Positions 57,954 through 64,000 of a DNA stretch of 64,000 nt are shown piece after piece. The stretch comes from Candidatus Zhuqueibacterota bacterium. GTDB lineage: Bacteria > Zhuqueibacterota > Zhuqueibacteria > Thermofontimicrobiales > Thermofontimicrobiaceae. The notes below the pieces were generated by a model that saw only the letters and a program-made list of their open reading frames with translations, searched no databases and was not told where the DNA came from. A program made the position numbers and the translations under genes. Where the stretch lies: positions 765,527-829,526 of the forward strand of contig JBMOPW010000014.1 of assembly GCA_049322915.1 (NCBI GenBank), given 5' to 3'. Positions within the stretch are counted from its first letter, which is position 1; each line of letters opens with the position of its first letter.

Positions 57954-58861
57954 TGTTTGTCCCAGTCAATGTCCGGGTGAATCGTTCGGGCGATGTCCTC
58001 CAGCAGCAAAATGAACCGCGGCCCGGGAATCACGGTATAGTCGGCGCGCAGCGTGACAACGCGATGATTTCGCACGGCAGACACGTCCGGAAGGTGTTGC
58101 CATCCCTTTTGTATCTGTTCAATGGAGAAACCCTTCAAATCCATGCCTGTGATGATATCGAATATATAGTCCGGATTGAGATGGATAATCCCCTCGGCGG
58201 ACAGCAAGGGGTAGGCCGCGGATCCGCCTTGCAGCACATTGGTCGCTCCGGCCAGGGTCAGGATTTCGTTGAAATAGGTCATCCCGCCGGCGGCGTAAAC
58301 CTCCTCCAGCGCGCCGGTTCCGATATTGCGCATCACTGAAATGAGCACTCTCGGCGCGCGGTGTCCTCGAACCTGTTCCTGAATTTCGTCCATTCGTCGC
58401 CGGATGTCCCTGATTAATTGCTGTGCGCGCTCTTCCGCATGACATGTTCTGCCAATGAGTTCAATGCCTTGCAGAATATCCGGGATGGTTTTATTGTTCA
58501 CGGAAACGTAATGGATACCAAATCCATCCAGATACGGTCGGATGTTCTCATACTCCGGAAGGATAAAAACAACATCCGGCCTGAGCGAGGCGATGGCTTC
58601 ATAATTGGCATCCATGTACCCGCCGACCTGCGTTTTTGTCCGGGCCTCCGGGGGATACTGGCAAAAGCGGGTGACGCCAACGACGCGGTCGCCCAATCCC
58701 AGCGCGAATAAAATCTCCGTGGTGCTCGGTGATAGCGATATAATTCTGGAGTACTGTTTCTCAGTGGACTCCGGCCTGGACACAGGCGGCTCGGCGTCTC
58801 TCGTGCAATTCTGGAGCAGAGCGACGAAGAGCACCGGGAGAATGTGGTAGATGTTCTTCAT
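57950..58861 (-). CDS. btuF: Cobalamin-binding lipoprotein
   Basis: RIISLSPSTTEILFALG, VGVTRFC, PGPR. Confidence 0.85.
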   Translation of the reverse strand: MKNIYHILPVLFVALLQNCTRDAEPPVSRPESTEKQYSRIISLSPSTTEILFALGLGDRVVGVTRFCQYPPEARTKTQVGGYMDANYEAIASLRPDVVFILPEYENIRPYLDGFGIHYVSVNNKTIPDILQGIELIGRTCHAEERAQQLIRDIRRRMDEIQEQVRGHRAPRVLISVMRNIGTGALEEVYAAGGMTYFNEILTLAGATNVLQGGSAAYPLLSAEGIIHLNPDYIFDIITGMDLKGFSIEQIQKGWQHLPDVSAVRNHRVVTLRADYTVIPGPRFILLLEDIARTIHPDIDWDKQ

Positions 58862-58992
58862 GAGTATTTATCAAAGTGAAATGATGCTGTTGCCGGAAAT
58901 GAACTGCTCGCGTCCCAGGCGATGAATAGCCCCGCCCTTCATGGCCTAATCCTTACCCGTACGCTGGGGGATGTTAACCCTACAACGTCATT

Positions 58993-59159
58993 TAGCCTGC
59001 ATTATTCATAGTATTTTTAGAGGAGGCTGGCTAACCTGAATGGTGCTCTTTTTGGAATAAACGTATAAAAACTGAGTTTCAAAATAGCTTAGCCTTTAGC
59101 TAATTGAAAATCTGAATGTTGACTTAAATTCTGAGCAAGTTCATGAATAATTCAGGTTA
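58993..59159. mobile_element. MITE family A, copy 2
   Basis: TAGCCTGCATTATTCAT...ATGAATAATTCAGGTTA; inverted homolog of 1453-1612. Confidence 0.8.
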
Positions 59160-59257
59160 GTAAATTTATCACAATATGTTGAGTTTTTCATCTATCAAAA
59201 ATACAATATACAACGATAAAAAATCTAGTGACGTATTAGGGTTAACAAATCAAATGA

Positions 59258-59462
59258 AACGCAGAGGTCGCGAAGGGCGCAGAGAAAAGACCCGCGTTGA
59301 ATTGGCCTGAGTGATTTTAAAATTTTCAATCAAACAATGAAAATCATGTCCACCCATAGTAACTGAAGACCAAAATAACCAGGAAAATATCTGGTTTCAT
59401 AAATTTGCAAACAGCTTTTTTTTCAGTAACAAAACTCTGCGTACCTCTGCGGTCTCTGCGTT
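59258..59462. repeat. Spaced inverted repeat AACGCAGAG...CTCTGCGTT
   Basis: AACGCAGAGGTCGCGAAGGGCGCAGAG pairs imperfectly with CTCTGCGTACCTCTGCGGTCTCTGCGTT. Confidence 0.6.
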
Positions 59463-59786
59463 AGAAAGGATATGGGTAAGGGTAAGCTTCTGGGCGGGGG
59501 ACCAGTGCTCCCGCCTGATAATCGGGGCTAAAGCCCCCGGGTATCTCAGTACTGCTCCAACTACTCCGCCATAAATGGCGGAGCTATTCAAAATAAACCC
59601 CATGAGTCGGAGCGGTTTGATCCACGGAAAGGACTGATTCCAGCCATGAATGAACTCAGACTAATGGCGTCCCAGGTGATGAATAGCCCCACCCTTAAGG
59701 GCGGGGACAGTCGCCAGCGCCCAGAATAAACGGGCTTTAGCCCATAGTAATAATCGGGGCTACTCCATAATCCGCCATTCCCTGCC

Positions 59787-61955
59787 TTAATACTGAACGC
59801 CGAACGACAGCCTGACCTGTCGACCCGGCATTGGTTGATCTCCGAACGTAACGTACTGCCTGTCAAATAGATTGAACACATCCAGTCGCATCTGGCCGGC
59901 GACGCCGAATACATTCCGGGTGACGGCGATATTCGCATCGAACTGATGCGATGGTGAAATGCTTTGAGTGTTCAACTCATTTTTGTACGATTTATCCAGG
60001 TAGCGATAGATCACGTTCAAGCCGGCAAACGTCAGATCGAGACCGATCCCGGCGTCGACTTTGTGCCGGGGTCGGTATTCCAGGTAATTGCCAAACAGCG
60101 GGGAATCCTCGCTGTTGTAGGTGGCATCCAGATAGGTGTGCGCCGCGCGCACATTCATTTTGTTCTGAAACAGCGACCATGACAATTGCACCTCAGCGCC
60201 GCGAGTCAGGGATTTATCGATATTCTGCGGCTGCCAGAACCAGGGACTGACTTCCTTCCATATATTAAGATTCTCGATGTCGTTGACAAAATACGAGATT
60301 TCAATGTTGACCTTTCCTGCCTCCGGATTGAATTCAGCCAACAGCCCGAGATCGTAATTCAATCCCCGCTCCGGCTTCAAATCCGGGTTGCCGGCAGACC
60401 ACATGTCAGCAGGCCAGTAAAGATCATTGAACGTGGGTGCGCGAAACGAACTGCCCACATTGCCGCGCAGCGAGAGCGCATATTGGCTGGCATGCGAGAA
60501 GACAACGCCAAATTTAGGGCTAAGCTCGCCTTCGTAATCCGTGAATTTGTCGTAGCGCAGCGCCGGAACCAAAATGATCTTCTGAAAGACCGGCATCCTG
60601 ACCGACCCTGTCGTCACTTCGCCCATCAGATAAAAGCCGTGGATGTCCCGGCTGCATTTTTGGTACTTAGTGCTGTTCAATTTGTCCTGGCGGAAATCGT
60701 AACCGGAAGAAATCTGTAGCCAGTCGCTCAGGGAGTACCGATTCTGGAAATCGAATCCGATTGCATCGTTTTTGTGATCGGTATCCTCCGCGGCATAGGG
60801 GCTGGAGTCGGTATAATTTTGATCGGATCGATGAACGTAGGCATTGGTTTTGAACAACCACGACTCGGACGCGGAATTTTCATAGGCTAGGTTGTACATG
60901 TTTCGCGTCTCCTGAAGCCGCTGGGTCGTGGATGGGAATGTAATCGAGCCGGGCAGTCCGCGCTCCCATGTCCCGTACGAGGCGAACAGTTGCAGCGATG
61001 ATGAATCCGTGACTTTGTAATTGGCCTTGACAAAGGCTTCATTTTTCTTCAAATCGTTATTCGCTCGCGTCTTCGAGGTCCCGTCACTGGCCTTGTAGCT
61101 GTAGTCTCCGTCGCTGCGGAGATTGTTGTAAGCGATGAAGTAGTTGAATTTGCCGATCTGCTGCGCCATGTGAATGGTGTTGAATTGGGAGTTCCATGAA
61201 CCAAGGCCGGACTTGATCCCGGCGCTGAGATTTCGATCCATCGGGCTGGATTTGGAGATAATGTGGATCACTCCGCCGACCGCATTGGTCCCGTACAGGG
61301 CGGAATGCCCGCCTTTGACAATTTCAATCTTCTCGATAAAATCCACCGGAAGGGTGCTGAAGTCCAGGCTTGCGCTTTGCGAATTGTTCAATCGCTGACC
61401 GTCGAGAAGCACGAGAACCTGACTGTCCGTGGACCCTCGCAGGGAGATCGTCTGAAGCGAATTGAGATCGGCGTTCCCCTTCATGGTGATGCTGCTGAAT
61501 GAGGAAAGCGCTTCGCCGGCATTCTGCGCCGGTATCTGCTGGATTTTCTTGCTGGTGATAACATGAGTCGCCACCGGCACGTCGGCGATATTTCGCTCCA
61601 GGCGCATGGCAGTGACCGTCACTTTTTCCAGATCGATTGGCGCCTGCTGCATGATGAAGCGCAATTCCAGAGTCTGGTTTGACTTCACTTCAACGCGCGC
61701 CATCGTGGATTTGGCGAACCCGATCCGCGATGCGGTAATTGTGTACACGCCTTCGGGAATCGCGCCAATGTGAAAATGGCCACCGGCATCGGTCGCAGCG
61801 CCCAGCGTTGTGCCGTCGATGATGATATTCACCCCTTCGAGGGGAGTTCCTTCGGAACTGGCGACTGCGCCACGGATGGCGCCCGGCGTCTGAGCCTGAA
61901 TTGAGATAATAAAGGAAAGAATGAGTGCGAGCGTGATGATGATTGTTTTATACAT
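59787..61955 (-). CDS. btuB: TonB-dependent cobalamin receptor with N-terminal carboxypeptidase-regulatory-like domain
   Basis: VTVTA TonB box, LRG...VLVLLDG, IEIVKGGHSALYG...GGVI, NLFD...PGR. AGGAG RBS precedes ATG 61955; riboswitch upstream. Confidence 0.88.
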   Translation of the reverse strand: MYKTIIITLALILSFIISIQAQTPGAIRGAVASSEGTPLEGVNIIIDGTTLGAATDAGGHFHIGAIPEGVYTITASRIGFAKSTMARVEVKSNQTLELRFIMQQAPIDLEKVTVTAMRLERNIADVPVATHVITSKKIQQIPAQNAGEALSSFSSITMKGNADLNSLQTISLRGSTDSQVLVLLDGQRLNNSQSASLDFSTLPVDFIEKIEIVKGGHSALYGTNAVGGVIHIISKSSPMDRNLSAGIKSGLGSWNSQFNTIHMAQQIGKFNYFIAYNNLRSDGDYSYKASDGTSKTRANNDLKKNEAFVKANYKVTDSSSLQLFASYGTWERGLPGSITFPSTTQRLQETRNMYNLAYENSASESWLFKTNAYVHRSDQNYTDSSPYAAEDTDHKNDAIGFDFQNRYSLSDWLQISSGYDFRQDKLNSTKYQKCSRDIHGFYLMGEVTTGSVRMPVFQKIILVPALRYDKFTDYEGELSPKFGVVFSHASQYALSLRGNVGSSFRAPTFNDLYWPADMWSAGNPDLKPERGLNYDLGLLAEFNPEAGKVNIEISYFVNDIENLNIWKEVSPWFWQPQNIDKSLTRGAEVQLSWSLFQNKMNVRAAHTYLDATYNSEDSPLFGNYLEYRPRHKVDAGIGLDLTFAGLNVIYRYLDKSYKNELNTQSISPSHQFDANIAVTRNVFGVAGQMRLDVFNLFDRQYVTFGDQPMPGRQVRLSFGVQY

Positions 61956-62188
61956 GAAATACTCCTGAAATTTTTTGTTCGTCCTGAGACCACTGGTAGC
62001 ATGGACGAAGTTGCAGCGCGCGAGAAGCAAAAGCAATCCGCCCATGAAATGAATGATTATCCGAAACAATCATGATAGGAATTGTAAATAAGATGTTTTG
62101 GAACGACACGATGATGTCGATCCTCTGTCAGGGTGGTCTTATCTGAACTGAAAAAAGCTGCTGTACATCATTCGAACAAAGCGCAAAT

Positions 62189-62221
62189 AAAAAACCCCGG
62201 TCTTCATGAGAAGCCGGGGTT
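62189..62221 (-). terminator. Riboswitch-associated intrinsic terminator
   Basis: AACCCCGGCTTCTCATGAAGACCGGGGTTTTTT on the minus strand, between the aptamer and btuB. Confidence 0.8.
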
Positions 62222-62276
62222 AAAATCCAGAAAAATCTATCCATACCTCGCCCTCGAAGGTTTTTTGGAAAAATGA

Positions 62277-62460
62277 GCGCGGCAGGTTTCCTGGCTTAAA
62301 GCTTCTGACCTACTTGTCACACCTTCCCGTTCACTCATCGCGAACAGTGGCTCACTGATTTGCATCAGCCGTGACGTTCGTAGCTTTTACAGTAGCGGGG
62401 CTGCAACGGATTTTCACCGTTTTCCCTTTTATCCCTTTCGGGCACCGTCTTCAAAATGAT
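62277..62460 (-). ncRNA. Cobalamin riboswitch
   Basis: Minus strand reads GGTGCCC...AAAAGGGAAACGGTGAAAATCCGTTGCAGCCCCGCTACTGT...GCCACTG...GGGAAGG...AGCCAGGAAACCTGCC (B12 box). Confidence 0.95.
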
Positions 62461-62576
62461 TTGGCAAAGAACGCGGTTGAAAAGTAACTAATTTAAAAGT
62501 AAAAATCAAGACAATTTTTTGATGAATGGCGCATGACTCATTTCGCCCTGTCGCCGCCGATGTGGCATCAAAAAAA

Positions 62577-64000
62577 TTACAGCCACAGTTTGATGGTCAC
62601 AATTCGATTGGATGCCAATTTCACCGTCACTGTGTTTTTCTCCACCGGGAGCGGCTCGCCGTCTTCCTCCAGTAAATTGGAGACTACCGCGCGTTTCACA
62701 TGCTGCGGCAGAGTGATTTTCGCTTCGGTCTCCTTGCCGGCGGATTCGTACAGCCTGAGAATCCATATCATCTCCGCAGCGGCAGGCGCAGTTGGGGCAA
62801 AGCTGAATGCCGGCTCGGCCTTTTTAGCGGTGTTCAAAACAACGCCGGCAGGCGCCACCGAGATGAACGAGCGTGTTTTGTCCAATTCGCCAGTATGGGG
62901 TGTGGCCAGCCGGGCAATGAGCGGATTGTTGTATTCGTATCCCTTGCGGACTGACCCAGCGGTTTTCCAGCATGCAGCATGCGGATAGAGCGCATATTCC
63001 AGACGGTGACTGCCCATGTCTGCCATTTCATCGGGCCATTTCGGCGAACGCAGCAGACTCAGGCGCATCTCGCTGCCGTGAATATTTCCACCGTATTTCG
63101 CGCGGTTCAACAGGCTGATGCCATAGCTGTTGCTGACGTCGGTGAGGTCAGACCATTTCTGCTGACTCACCTCGTAGCGCGCTTTTTCCCAATCCGTCCG
63201 TTTGGTCGTGGGGCGCTGTATTGTGCCAAATGGAATTTCGTAGGTGGCGACAGAATCGCTGGCAGTTACATTGAAGGCCACTTTCAGCATCACATGATCT
63301 TCCCACCAGTCCGCGTGCGTGCAAAAATCGATGCGGTCGATGCCGTGGTAAAGGATGATATCCTGCTCAAAATAGCTATTGGGATTATTCGGCGTCGGGT
63401 AGCTCTTGATGATCCCCGGCTTCAAAAAATCGTGTTTCACCCGAATCACCGATCGCACCGGGCCGGACTCGATCAGCTCGATCCCCCGAAATGAACTGGG
63501 GTATCGCTCGCCAAGCCCGAGATTCCAGGCATCGTACGCAGCCGGCGTGTCTTTGATCAGTTGCAGCTCGTTACCATACCCGGCGAGAAGCTCCCTGGTC
63601 AGCCGCTTGTCATACACGCTGTTCAGCCAGCCGGTCTCTGTATCCACCTTCACGATGTAGAACTCATTTTCCAGAGTCGTTTTCGTGGCTGTCAGCGTCG
63701 TGTGTTGTCGGCTCGCCGCCTGGTTTTTAAGATGATAAACGGTGTAGCCCAGCGCCGGAACGGTTGTGGCCACAAACAGGAGTTTTCTCTGGTAACGGTC
63801 AATGCTGACGATCTGGCACGGCAGTTCCCGGCCATTGGAATCGAAGACCGCATAGCGGCTCTGGTCGGATTCGGGCAGAGCCAATTCGACGAGGTCGGTC
63901 CGTTCCCAGGCCAGCGGATTGTAAATCAGAATCGGAGTGGCGCCTTTGGGAACGCGGGTATCGATTCGCTGAGCGAAAAAGTCCAGTGAGGCTTCCAACT
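62577..64000 (-). CDS. GH38 alpha-mannosidase, C-terminal part (5'-truncated)
   Basis: YNPLAWER, LENEF, LKVAF, ATYEIPFG, LSLLRSP, LRLYE. Confidence 0.9.
   Translation of the reverse strand, partial: LEASLDFFAQRIDTRVPKGATPILIYNPLAWERTDLVELALPESDQSRYAVFDSNGRELPCQIVSIDRYQRKLLFVATTVPALGYTVYHLKNQAASRQHTTLTATKTTLENEFYIVKVDTETGWLNSVYDKRLTRELLAGYGNELQLIKDTPAAYDAWNLGLGERYPSSFRGIELIESGPVRSVIRVKHDFLKPGIIKSYPTPNNPNSYFEQDIILYHGIDRIDFCTHADWWEDHVMLKVAFNVTASDSVATYEIPFGTIQRPTTKRTDWEKARYEVSQQKWSDLTDVSNSYGISLLNRAKYGGNIHGSEMRLSLLRSPKWPDEMADMGSHRLEYALYPHAACWKTAGSVRKGYEYNNPLIARLATPHTGELDKTRSFISVAPAGVVLNTAKKAEPAFSFAPTAPAAAEMIWILRLYESAGKETEAKITLPQHVKRAVVSNLLEEDGEPLPVEKNTVTVKLASNRIVTIKLWL

Noticed and set aside
3211..63989. 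Numerous antisense or overlapping ORFs of 60-280 aa within real genes
   Set aside because: These are shadow ORFs expected in GC-rich coding DNA and show no recognisable motifs.

Overview
Bacterial chromosomal window; the gene content (T9SS/Por-type C-terminal sorting domains, S46 peptidase, DUF3078, TonB receptor with N-terminal extension) suggests an FCB-group organism such as KSB1 or Calditrichota, which is inference only. From left to right it holds: a low-GC island with two toxin-antitoxin modules whose toxins are both broken; rsmE and a BamA/TamA-family gene; a peptidase cluster (Ntn/GATase fusion, S46, S9, C1B, M28); mgsA; a low-GC AAA ATPase + DUF4276-like pair; DUF2207-lemA; cydAB; a 24-kb tandem array of five secreted modular proteins (29.9-53.6 kb); xth; a TIGR01212 radical SAM gene; a cobalamin-riboswitch-controlled btuBFDC system; and a partial GH38 alpha-mannosidase. 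The standout is the array. Four paralogs share a ~860-aa C-terminal cassette (cohesin-like, Ig/FN3, dockerin-like, cohesin-like, sorting domain) but carry different N-terminal heads. Three are preceded by the same exactly spaced motif CT(C/T)ATT-N14-GTCGATA(T/C), and three of the four intergenic gaps hold GATC-footed three-hairpin repeats. Intergenic DNA throughout the window is crowded with several MITE/REP families, with no transposase in the window. All domain calls come from motif recognition, not database searches.
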